In this document: positions 46,986 to 55,963 of the stretch, piece after piece
Layout of the letters: the number at the start of each line of letters is the position of its first letter
How positions within the stretch are numbered: position 1 is the stretch's first letter
From: Verrucomicrobiota bacterium
GTDB taxonomy: Bacteria; Verrucomicrobiota; Verrucomicrobiia; Verrucomicrobiales; DEV007
Assembly (NCBI GenBank): GCA_045046875.1
Contig: JASFYY010000037.1
Span: 1 to 64,000, forward strand
Length of the DNA: 64,000 nucleotides
Direction: 5' to 3'
Position numbers and translations under genes: made by a program
The notes under the pieces: generated by a model
The model's input: only the letters and a program-made list of their open reading frames with translations
Told to the model about the DNA's origin: nothing
Database searches by the model: none

Positions 46986-47582
46986 ATGCCAGCTACTATC
47001 GTCAGCTCGAACCCGAAAAAAGAAGAAATTCTAGAGATCGCTTCTCGGCTTTTTTATCAGCAGGGTTTTGCCGCGACGGGCATCAAGCAAATCATTGACG
47101 AAGCCGACATTGCCAAGGGCACCTTCTATTCTCACTTTGCTTCCAAAGAAGAACTTGGTCTAGCCTGGCTTCGCAGTCGGCATGAGTTGTGGACCGATTG
47201 GTTCGAAAATGCGATCCGCGATATAGACAAGCCAGGCAAGAAGATCCTTACTACTTTTGATTTTATAGAAAAGTGGCTGGTGGCATACGATTACCGCGGC
47301 TGCGCTTTCATCAATACCATGGCCGAAGTGCCTGACTATGGAAGCCCGCTTAGAAAAGAGGTCGCGGATCACAAGCGCATTCTGCACGAACGTTTCCAGG
47401 CTCTCGCAGTCGAACATTTTAAAAGTAAAAAGGTGAGCGCAAGCAAAGCCAGACAAACCGGCAGCACGATCTATTTGCTTTTTGAGGGAGCTATCATCGA
47501 AGCTCAGAATTTCCATGAACTCTGGCCCATCCAGGCCGCACGGAAAGCAAGCAAAACGCTGCTCTTCCCCTCTTCCCCATAA
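46986..47582 (+). CDS. TetR/AcrR-family transcriptional regulator
   Basis: ILEIASRLFYQQGFAATGIKQII..IAKGTFYSHFASKEEL, RGCAFIN. Confidence 0.93.
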   Translation: MPATIVSSNPKKEEILEIASRLFYQQGFAATGIKQIIDEADIAKGTFYSHFASKEELGLAWLRSRHELWTDWFENAIRDIDKPGKKILTTFDFIEKWLVAYDYRGCAFINTMAEVPDYGSPLRKEVADHKRILHERFQALAVEHFKSKKVSASKARQTGSTIYLLFEGAIIEAQNFHELWPIQAARKASKTLLFPSSP

Positions 47583-47636
47583 GACCTGAGCAAACAACCC
47601 ACGATTCCTACAAAAATTTATCCCAAGCAATTATCG

Positions 47637-47650
47637 ACCGACCGGTCGGT
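47637..47650. promoter_or_regulatory. Second TetR-type operator upstream of the DUF1348 gene
   Basis: Identical ACCGACCGGTCGGT. Confidence 0.75.
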
Positions 47651-47705
47651 TTTAAACGGCCAACCGTTTCTACTTATAAACCTGAAAACACAACACATTG
47701 CCCAT

Positions 47706-48140
47706 ATGAAAACAATCCACAAAAACAAAGAATCACGACCTCCCCTGCCCCCTTTCACTGCGCAAAGTGCTGCACTAAAAGTCCAGGCGGCTGAGGATGC
47801 TTGGAACACCCGCGACCCCGAACGCGTATCGATGGCTTACACCGAAGACACGGTATGGCGAAATCGATCCACCTTCCTCAATGGTCGCGCTGAGGTGCGT
47901 GCCTTTCTTGCAGGCAAGTGGGATAGGGAACTCGATTACCAATTGAAAAAAACGCTGTGGAGTTTCACCGACAATCGAATTTCGGTGAAATTTGAATACG
48001 AATATCATGACGAAACCGGCCAATGGTTTCGCGCCTACGGCAACGAACAATGGGAATTCGCCGCGAATGGACTGATGCAAGTTCGTGAAGCCAGTATCAA
48101 TGATCTCCGGATCGAGCAGTGCGATCGCAAGTTTCGCTGA
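47706..48140 (+). CDS. DUF1348 / SnoaL-like (NTF2-fold) protein
   Basis: [52 protein letters not shown]. Confidence 0.88.
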   Translation: MKTIHKNKESRPPLPPFTAQSAALKVQAAEDAWNTRDPERVSMAYTEDTVWRNRSTFLNGRAEVRAFLAGKWDRELDYQLKKTLWSFTDNRISVKFEYEYHDETGQWFRAYGNEQWEFAANGLMQVREASINDLRIEQCDRKFR

Positions 48141-48189
48141 ATGAATGAATCCACTTCACACCAATATACCAATCCAACCAATCAAAACC

Positions 48190-48747
48190 ATGGGACAGAA
48201 TTTTTCTACTTTTACATTCACCGACAGCGTCAAGGCTGCCCAGATACACTACGGTTCACGCGAGAACTACGAAGAAGACGAACAGGATCCTGATCGTTTT
48301 ATTCTCGGCGAAAAGGAAACCTCGTTCATTGAATCCCGGGACAGTTTTTACATGTCGACGGTTGGTGAAAACGGCTGGCCTTACATGCAGTTTCGCGGCG
48401 GGCCGAGGGGATTTTTCAAAGTGCTGGGAGAACGCACCCTTGGTTTTGCCGACTTCCGTGGCAACCGTCAATATATCAGCACAGGGAATTTGAACGCTGA
48501 GAAAAAGGCTATGCTCTTCCTGATTGATTACCCCAGCAAGCAGCGACTGAAAATCTGGGCGACAGGTGAGGTGCGCGATGTGGACGAGGTTCCTGAACTG
48601 GCGAGTCAGCTCATCATCCCTGACTACCGCGCCAAGATGGAACGACTGGTGGTATTCACGGTTCAGGCTTACGACTGGAATTGTCCGCAACACATCACCC
48701 AAAGGTATTCATTGGAGGAAATGGAGAGGTTGCAGAGTGCTTCTTGA
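48190..48747 (+). CDS. Pyridoxamine 5'-phosphate oxidase-like FMN-binding protein
   Basis: FYMSTVGENGWPYMQFRGGPRGF, FADFRGNRQYISTGN, DWNCPQHIT. Confidence 0.85.
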   Translation: MGQNFSTFTFTDSVKAAQIHYGSRENYEEDEQDPDRFILGEKETSFIESRDSFYMSTVGENGWPYMQFRGGPRGFFKVLGERTLGFADFRGNRQYISTGNLNAEKKAMLFLIDYPSKQRLKIWATGEVRDVDEVPELASQLIIPDYRAKMERLVVFTVQAYDWNCPQHITQRYSLEEMERLQSAS

Positions 48748-48854
48748 AGATGCGTTGATTCGTGACAATCTCAGCGTCCACCCAAATAGGCAAGCAAGAG
48801 CTAACGCCTATTCATCATTCTCAGCCCGTCACCCTCCCCTTACGTCCATCTCCC

Positions 48855-48918
48855 GTAGAGCGGGTCTCCTACCCGCACACTCCCCTCCACTCTCAGCGGG
48901 TGGGGACACCCGTCCTAC
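48855..48918. repeat. Inverted pair of GTAG-type REP-like palindromes
   Basis: GTAGAGCGGGTCTCCTACCCGC (+) and GTAGGACGGGTGTCCCCACCCGC (-). Confidence 0.65.
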
Positions 48919-49083
48919 ATCGCGCTTCCCCCATGCTTGCTAGCCGAAAAAACGACCAGGGGGAAATCCCCCCCCTATTTGTAATCGCTCTCGAAGCAGT
49001 CTAATATCCCCCCATAGGGAATGACACAAAAAGCCCCCTCCCCCTATTACAAACTCTCCGCCTCCCCCTACCTGACGGCAACC

Positions 49084-52000
49084 ATGACAAATCACCAAAA
49101 GAACTCGAGTTCCCATATTCTACTCCTGCAGAAACTGCTCTTCCTCATCCTATTGAGCCATAGCGGAATATCTCTGCTCGCCGAGGATTGGCCCACTTAC
49201 CGGCATGACTCGGGTCGCTCAGGTGCCAGCGAGCAAGATTTGCCGCAGCAACTTCATTTGCAATGGTCACACGCCTTCCCCAAACTCATTCCCTCATGGC
49301 TGGGCGAATTTCACAATTTGCAGTTTGATGCCTATTACGAACCGATCGTATTGGGCAAGCATTTGTTTTTTGCCTCATCAGATGATGATTCGATCACCGC
49401 TATCAATACCGACAGTGGTGAAATCACATGGCGCTACTACGCAAGCGGCCCCATCCGCTTGGCACCGGTCGGTTGGGAGGGCAAAATTTACTTTGGAGCC
49501 GACGACGGCATATTTTATTGCCTCGATGCTGATAAAGGAAAGCTCATTTGGAAATTTGATACCGCACTCTCCAAACGCAAAGCGTTCATTGAAGGGCGTT
49601 TGTCTGCGGTCAGCCCGATCCACGGCGGCCCCGTGCTGGCTGATGGGAAAATTAACTTCACCGCCAGTTTATGGCCCTTCGAAAATTCAGCTTTGTTCTC
49701 ATTGGATGCCAAAACGGGAAAAGTTATTTCTCAAACCGAAGACATTGGAGCGCAAGGGTTTCTAACCCTATCGGATTCAATGATCCATTGCCCCAACGGA
49801 AGAAATGACTTTGTTTATTACCGAAAATCAAAAAGAGTTTTTCCTGTCAAGAGTTCCGGCAGTTGGGGCGGTTATTGGGATCACCTCGTTATTTCCAAAA
49901 ACAATTGGTTGTTCAGAAATGGAAAGCTACAAAATATCCGCCAAGCCGAGCAACTCACCGGTGCCACGGTCTACGAAAACGACCAAGAAAATACAGCCAC
50001 TTGTTTTTATCGTCCCATCCTCAGCAATGACACCGTTTATTATACCACTTCAAAAGCCCCCATTCCCCGCGTTGATAAACTTGGCCCGGAAATTGGCGAT
50101 CTGGTGGCTCTCAGTCTTACCGACCCCAAGGTGAGCGAACTCAAAGATAAATCAGGCAAAGCTATTTTAACCCCTCAGAGAAAAACACAAAACAAAGCCA
50201 TATTAAAAGAAAAATGGCGCCTTTCAAAAGAACAAATTCTAAACGCCCTGGGAGAAAAGCCCCCTGCCGAGGACGATCCAAACTTTGTCAAAATTCAAAT
50301 CAAAGCCGGCAAACGTCTCTACGGATTTTATGGTTCGACGCTGTTTGCCGTCGATATCCCTGAAGGCACCGCCCGGCCGAAGGTATCCTGGAAATCCACC
50401 CTACCAGGTCATCCGGCTAGAATTATTGCCGCAAATGATAAGCTTTTTGTAGTGACTCTCGAGGGTGGCCTGTATTGTTTTGCTGGCAAAAAAACAGACG
50501 CTGTTAAATTCCCCAGGGAATCTAGCAAACTAACCATCGTTACAGACGAATGGAGCAGCAAAGCTAACGAGATATTAAATCTCTCCAATGTGAACGATGG
50601 TTATTGCCTGGTCATGGGGCTGAAATCGGGACGCTTGATAGAAGAACTCTTACTCAAAACCAAGCTCCACATCATCGCCATTGATGGCGATCCTGAAAAA
50701 GTGCAAACCCTGAGAAAAAAACTCAGCTACCTGCAAGATCCTCTTGAAGAAGTCACCAAGCCGCCACAAGACAAGGATCAAAAAACAGCTTTCATCAAAA
50801 CCCCTGCCAGCGAACTGACCCCCCACCGCAACCGGGTTGTTATTTACAACGATGATCCAGGCAAATACCCGCTGCCTCCTTTCATGGCCAGCTTGATCGT
50901 TTCCGAAGATCCGCAGCAGATGAAGTTAGCAGGTAACCCTGATCGTGTGAAGGATCTGCTCACCGCTCTGCGTCCCTACGGCGGAACTCTTGCATTGAAT
51001 CTTTCCGAGCTGGAACACGCAAAAAACTTGGCCGTTTCGTCCCAAGCAAAAACTCCTAAAACCGAAATCAAACGTCAAGGCCAGCTCAGCCTGTTCACCC
51101 GCGCAGGAGCACCGGCCAACAGTGCCGACTGGACTCACGAATGGTCGGATCCGGCCAACACCCTGAAATCGGATGACAACTTGAAAGCCCCTCTCGGCAT
51201 GCTCTGGACAGGCGGACGTTCGGCGCGCCCTGAAATGTACATAGACCGTCATTTGTGGCCGCCTTCCCCTGTCATCATGGACGGCCGTATGTTCATTGTC
51301 GGCCCCAAAGGCCCGGCTGCGGTCGACATTTATACCGGCCGCATGTTATGGGAAACCCATAGTGATGCTTTTTCTGCCATGACTCGTTTCCGCGGAGGAC
51401 ACTGGGCACCGGGTGGCTGTCACACCATCGGCGCAAAGGACGGGCTCTACGTCAGCACCCAGAAATCCATCATTCGTTTTGACCCGGCAACGGGAGATGT
51501 CATTTCAGAATTTCATCTTCCCCAGGATGCTCCAAAAGATGCCAGATGGGGCCGTCCGCGTATCTGGAAACAATTGATCATCACCAGTATCATTCACGAG
51601 GACAGAGACATCCGCCTACTCGCCTTGGATCAACGCAGTGGTAGCGTGGTTTGGGAAATGAAGGCGGATTACAGCTTCTCCCAAGTAGCCATTGGCAACG
51701 GCAAAGTATTCTGCTGGGATGGGATTCCCAGCAGTCAGTCCGCTCTGAAAGCAGCGCGCCGAGGAGTGGCCTTCCCTGCCAAGGACAATGGTCAGGGCTA
51801 TCAATTGAAGTCCTTTGATGCCAGCGATGGAACAGCTCTGTGGCGTAACCCTAGTGAAGGAGTCGTTGAGTGGCTCTCCTATTCCGAAAAACTGGATGTG
51901 GTGGTTGCTTCAACCAAAAAAGTGATTCACGCGTTACGAGGACAAGATGGAGGACAGCTTTGGCGTAAATACAGCGAGGGCATCGGCTTTGGCGGTCACC

Positions 52001-54261
52001 CTGATTTTGTCTGGCAGAAAGTCATCTTGTGGAACGACTGGATGATCGATCAGCGGGGACCGGGCTTGGCTTACGACTTGTTAAGTGGAAAACCCATCGA
52101 GCGCAACCACCCCGTCACTCAGAAACCCATGCCTTGGAAATTCGATAGAAACGGGCACCACTGCAATCACGCCATTGCCAGCGAAAACCTGCTCACCTTC
52201 CGATCCGATGTTGCCACCTACGTGGATTTGAATACGCTGAATACCAGCGCTTTTCCAGGATTCCGCAGCGGCTGTACCAACAGCCTTTTACCTGCAGGGG
52301 GAGTGCTCAGCTCCCCGATGTACAGCCGGGGATGTGTGTGCAATTACAACTTTTTCACCTCCACCGCTTTCACTCATATCCCCAAACAAGAAGCGTGGAA
52401 TGTTCATGCGGGCAAAATCGATTACCTGGACAACCCTGAGTTGGGACGTGTCCAACATCTTGGCATAAATTTCAGCAAAGGCGGCGCGAGACGTTCATCC
52501 AATGGCAGCAATGGCACCGTCTGGTTTGGTCTCACCGGGAATGACAACTACTTCCGCCTGTCAAAACAAGCCACCAACCCTAATGCCGGCAGCCTGCCCT
52601 TCGAGGTTTCAGTTGAGAGCAGTGATTTGGATTGGGTCTTCTCCACCGGCCTGGAGAGATTGAAAAATTTCACCGTCCAACTTTCCTCCACCAAGGATGT
52701 CGAAGCCCAGGCTCACACCGTTCGACTCTACTTTATAGAGCCACAAAACAAGAAAGCCGGTGAGCGTCTATTCTCAGTAAAGTTACAAGATCAGGAAGTG
52801 CTGAAAGATTTTGATATCGCTCTGGCCGCGGGCGGCAGTATGAAGGGAATCGTTAAAGAATTCCCCGGCATCATGGCGGGTGAAACATTGTCAGTGAGTT
52901 TCACTACAAAAAAATCCTTAGCTCTGCTCTGCGGCATTGAAGTAATCAACGAACAGGCTGCACCCAGACCCGTTCTGCGCCAGGACAGTTCTGTGGCAAC
53001 TGCGGTCGACGCCCCTCTGAAATTAACATTTCCCTTCTCAAATTATTCGGCTTCCCCAAAATCCGGATTCAAAATCATCACTCCTCCCACAAAAGGAGCG
53101 CTTTCAGGAAAAGGCCCTGACCTGACCTACACCGCTAAATCCGGCTCTTACGGCTTCGATAGTTTTGACTGGGAAGTCAAAGAGAGCTCCCGGGTTTCCC
53201 ACCAGGGGAAAGTCACCATCAAACTGCTCACAGAAAATATCGCCCCACACGCCCGGGATTTGAAAGTTCAGGCGATCACCGCTCACCCGGTATCAATCAC
53301 CTTACCCTTCGCTGATCCCGACAAACAACCTGGCAACTACCGTTTTGAGCTGCTTGAAAAACCGCTCGGAGGCACAGTGGAATGGATCAGCTACAACCGC
53401 TTTTCATACACCTCCAAAGCAGGTTTTAGCGGCAATGACACCTTTACCTGGAAGGTGAACGACGGAGACCTCGATTCAAAACCCGCCACCGTGACGTTGC
53501 AGGTAAAAGCCGATACCACTCCCCCTGCAATCAAATGGATCGACAGTTCGGGATCTGGCAAGCAAATCAAAATAGTCTTCACCGAGGCACTTGAGACATC
53601 GACTGCCCAGCAAGCTTCTAATTACCTCATCGACCACCAAGTGCTCGTGCAGGAAGCCAAACTCAGCAGTGACATGAAATCGGTGATTTTAAGCACCTCC
53701 CCGCTAAGTGAAAAAGTGAATTACACCATCATCATTCGAAATATCAAAGACCTCGCCACCCGAGCAAATGTCATTACCCCCCAAACAAAGCAGTCTTTCA
53801 ACTATCATTTGATAGGCAACGGCCTGCTAGGCGAATATTTTGAGGGACCTGATTTTGCAGGCAAAAAAATCGGCCAGCGAATCGATCCCTTCATCGACGT
53901 CTCTTGGAAAAACCAAAAACAGCTGCCCTTTGAGACAATGAAATCTGATCAAGATTTCTCAGTAAGGTGGACAGGGAAACTTAAAGCTGATCACACCGAA
54001 GAATTCACTCTCTACCTTTTCAGAGGCGGTGAGCACAACCACAACCCTGCCCGGGTTTGGCTGGATGGAAAACTGCTGAGCAACGAGTATTATGGCCCGG
54101 TATCACTGCAAGCGGGAAAGGTTTACGACCTCAAAGTCGAACTGAATGTAGTGAAACGACCGGCCAGTTACGCAGATTATTACAGCTTGCGATGGAGCAG
54201 CGTCTCGACTCCAAAACAGACCATCCCCAGGTCTAATCTGGGCACCTCCCAGCCAAAATAA
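49084..54261 (+). CDS. Giant secreted multidomain protein: PQQ-like beta-propellers, methyltransferase-like Rossmann domain, malectin, Ig-like repeats, PA14
   Basis: AEDWPTYRHDSGRSG; W-repeat blades; GYCLVMGLKSGRL; TVRLYFIEP..GERLFSV (malectin); GNDTFTWKVNDG; DTTPP; GNGLLGEYF..FSVRWTG (PA14); ORF is open from 49021. Confidence 0.8.
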   Translation: MTNHQKNSSSHILLLQKLLFLILLSHSGISLLAEDWPTYRHDSGRSGASEQDLPQQLHLQWSHAFPKLIPSWLGEFHNLQFDAYYEPIVLGKHLFFASSDDDSITAINTDSGEITWRYYASGPIRLAPVGWEGKIYFGADDGIFYCLDADKGKLIWKFDTALSKRKAFIEGRLSAVSPIHGGPVLADGKINFTASLWPFENSALFSLDAKTGKVISQTEDIGAQGFLTLSDSMIHCPNGRNDFVYYRKSKRVFPVKSSGSWGGYWDHLVISKNNWLFRNGKLQNIRQAEQLTGATVYENDQENTATCFYRPILSNDTVYYTTSKAPIPRVDKLGPEIGDLVALSLTDPKVSELKDKSGKAILTPQRKTQNKAILKEKWRLSKEQILNALGEKPPAEDDPNFVKIQIKAGKRLYGFYGSTLFAVDIPEGTARPKVSWKSTLPGHPARIIAANDKLFVVTLEGGLYCFAGKKTDAVKFPRESSKLTIVTDEWSSKANEILNLSNVNDGYCLVMGLKSGRLIEELLLKTKLHIIAIDGDPEKVQTLRKKLSYLQDPLEEVTKPPQDKDQKTAFIKTPASELTPHRNRVVIYNDDPGKYPLPPFMASLIVSEDPQQMKLAGNPDRVKDLLTALRPYGGTLALNLSELEHAKNLAVSSQAKTPKTEIKRQGQLSLFTRAGAPANSADWTHEWSDPANTLKSDDNLKAPLGMLWTGGRSARPEMYIDRHLWPPSPVIMDGRMFIVGPKGPAAVDIYTGRMLWETHSDAFSAMTRFRGGHWAPGGCHTIGAKDGLYVSTQKSIIRFDPATGDVISEFHLPQDAPKDARWGRPRIWKQLIITSIIHEDRDIRLLALDQRSGSVVWEMKADYSFSQVAIGNGKVFCWDGIPSSQSALKAARRGVAFPAKDNGQGYQLKSFDASDGTALWRNPSEGVVEWLSYSEKLDVVVASTKKVIHALRGQDGGQLWRKYSEGIGFGGHPDFVWQKVILWNDWMIDQRGPGLAYDLLSGKPIERNHPVTQKPMPWKFDRNGHHCNHAIASENLLTFRSDVATYVDLNTLNTSAFPGFRSGCTNSLLPAGGVLSSPMYSRGCVCNYNFFTSTAFTHIPKQEAWNVHAGKIDYLDNPELGRVQHLGINFSKGGARRSSNGSNGTVWFGLTGNDNYFRLSKQATNPNAGSLPFEVSVESSDLDWVFSTGLERLKNFTVQLSSTKDVEAQAHTVRLYFIEPQNKKAGERLFSVKLQDQEVLKDFDIALAAGGSMKGIVKEFPGIMAGETLSVSFTTKKSLALLCGIEVINEQAAPRPVLRQDSSVATAVDAPLKLTFPFSNYSASPKSGFKIITPPTKGALSGKGPDLTYTAKSGSYGFDSFDWEVKESSRVSHQGKVTIKLLTENIAPHARDLKVQAITAHPVSITLPFADPDKQPGNYRFELLEKPLGGTVEWISYNRFSYTSKAGFSGNDTFTWKVNDGDLDSKPATVTLQVKADTTPPAIKWIDSSGSGKQIKIVFTEALETSTAQQASNYLIDHQVLVQEAKLSSDMKSVILSTSPLSEKVNYTIIIRNIKDLATRANVITPQTKQSFNYHLIGNGLLGEYFEGPDFAGKKIGQRIDPFIDVSWKNQKQLPFETMKSDQDFSVRWTGKLKADHTEEFTLYLFRGGEHNHNPARVWLDGKLLSNEYYGPVSLQAGKVYDLKVELNVVKRPASYADYYSLRWSSVSTPKQTIPRSNLGTSQPK

Positions 54262-54276
54262 GCACACTTTTTACTC

Positions 54277-54468
54277 GGGTGTAAGACAAAATAGTTAAGC
54301 GGCTGACACTACGCGTTTCGCTCTTTCAGGACTGGATGAGTTGGTTTTTTCACCCAGCGCTTCGCACTGGGATTAAATCGTATTTATTTCCAGTCCTGAA
54401 AGGGTGAAATGATGATGTGTATAAGAGAGCTATTAATAACCAATAGCTAACTTTTTTATCTTACACCC
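54277..54468. mobile_element. Candidate MITE (192 bp, non-coding)
   Basis: Terminal IRs GGGTGTAAGAcAAAAtAGTTA / GGGTGTAAGAtAAAAaAGTTA (19/21); flanks TTTTTACTC / CCTTTACTC; internal 21-bp IR 54316-54336/54389-54409. Confidence 0.5.
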
Positions 54469-54530
54469 CCTTTACTCCGACATCACACAATGTCCTTGCA
54501 TGCATAAACGATATTTGGTGGAATGTTTAC

Positions 54531-55661
54531 ATGAACAGAGCGCTACAGTTATTAACCACCTGCCTACTAAGCCTCAGCCTGTTTACCCAGTCACTCACCG
54601 CCTGCATCAACACCACTTACTCACGAGCAGATGAAGTGGAGATCACCGACGACTTGCTGCCCTTGATTCTCGGCGCTTTCCCTCATCATGGCTGGGCTTT
54701 TTATGAACATGAGATTGTCCGCACTTTGAAGGTTCTCAGTGAAAACCCGAATGACTTCCATGCCCGCAATGATCTTGGTGCAGCTTACACCAAACACCAA
54801 TTGTGGATCATGGCGCAAAGTGAGTTTGATAAAAATGAAAAGCTACACCCCGGCCGTTATGAAACCGCTTCGAACCTCGGGGTGATGTATAAAAAAAAGG
54901 GTGACTACAAACAAGCCGAAAAATACATCAACCAAGCTCTGGAAATCAAACCAGGTGGCCACATGGGGCTCGGTGATTATTATCTCAGAATGATTCAATG
55001 GTTGGGAAATGCCAATCAATTGGACATCCTTGAAAAAAATTTCCTCGGCGTGCGATACGATGCGGGACCTAAAGCCAGTGCCAAAGCAGCCAATCAGGAT
55101 CACATCGTCACCCTGATCAAAAATGACTACCAATTCCCCGATGCCTATGTCGTTCTTGGGGACATCCTGTTCACCAGAGGCGACCACCAACTTGCTCTGC
55201 GTGCTTACCTTCGGGCTCGTAGTTTGATTCCCTCCGACCTACGTCAGTCTTTCTACTCATCTGTCGTCGAAAACAGGATTGATCAGATTCGTCAAATTTG
55301 GACGGACAATAAAACCTCCGAACATGTGCTCGAACCTGATATAGGTGAAATACAAATCTATGAAGAATTCGAAGCGGCTAGAATTTGGCTGGACAAATTT
55401 CAAGCTGTCGAAATGGAACTTATCAAACAAAATAAGGCCACGCCCTTTCACACTGTCCTGGCGGAAATGGATACACAAGACATCCATCCCCCGGTCGTTC
55501 TCGAAGCAGGGTTTTACAAAGGCAGAGCAAAAGAACCTTATTCCGCTTACAACGACCCTTTTAGCATTATTGCCTCGATCGTGATACTATTAACCCTCTT
55601 AGCTGTCGTCATCGTTTCACTCTGGGCTGCCTTTCGCTATTTCGCCCGCAGGCTCGCCTAA
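54531..55661 (+). CDS. Exported TPR protein with a C-terminal membrane anchor
   Basis: Signal peptide, ARNDLGAAY, ASNLGVMY..AEKYINQALEIKP, C-terminal TM helix. Confidence 0.75.
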   Translation: MNRALQLLTTCLLSLSLFTQSLTACINTTYSRADEVEITDDLLPLILGAFPHHGWAFYEHEIVRTLKVLSENPNDFHARNDLGAAYTKHQLWIMAQSEFDKNEKLHPGRYETASNLGVMYKKKGDYKQAEKYINQALEIKPGGHMGLGDYYLRMIQWLGNANQLDILEKNFLGVRYDAGPKASAKAANQDHIVTLIKNDYQFPDAYVVLGDILFTRGDHQLALRAYLRARSLIPSDLRQSFYSSVVENRIDQIRQIWTDNKTSEHVLEPDIGEIQIYEEFEAARIWLDKFQAVEMELIKQNKATPFHTVLAEMDTQDIHPPVVLEAGFYKGRAKEPYSAYNDPFSIIASIVILLTLLAVVIVSLWAAFRYFARRLA

Positions 55662-55668
55662 CAAAATC

Positions 55669-55747
55669 GTAGGGTGAGCGCTTCGCTTGCCCGCTCCCTT
55701 CTTTACGCTCCCCCACCGCTCTCGTCGGGTGGGGACACCCGACCTAC
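55669..55747. repeat. Inverted pair of GTAG-type REP-like palindromes
   Basis: GTAGGGTGAGCGCTTCGCTTGCCC (+) and GTAGGTCGGGTGTCCCCACCCGA (-); the latter nearly identical to 48896-48918. Confidence 0.65.
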
Positions 55748-55963
55748 GTCGCACCTCCCCTTCGCTTCTTCTTATTGATCCCCTCCCTCTTATCCTCGCC
55801 CATTTGCCTTCGGTTAATTTTCTCCGGCTGTTTGCTTTCGGGTAGTATCCTCCAGCTATCTTCGCTGCGCTACGATTCTCCCACATTCGCGGAGTCGGCT
55901 GTACAATCCGGGGTCAATAATCCCCCCTCTAATTCGTGTTTATTGGTGTCCATTGGTGGTTCT

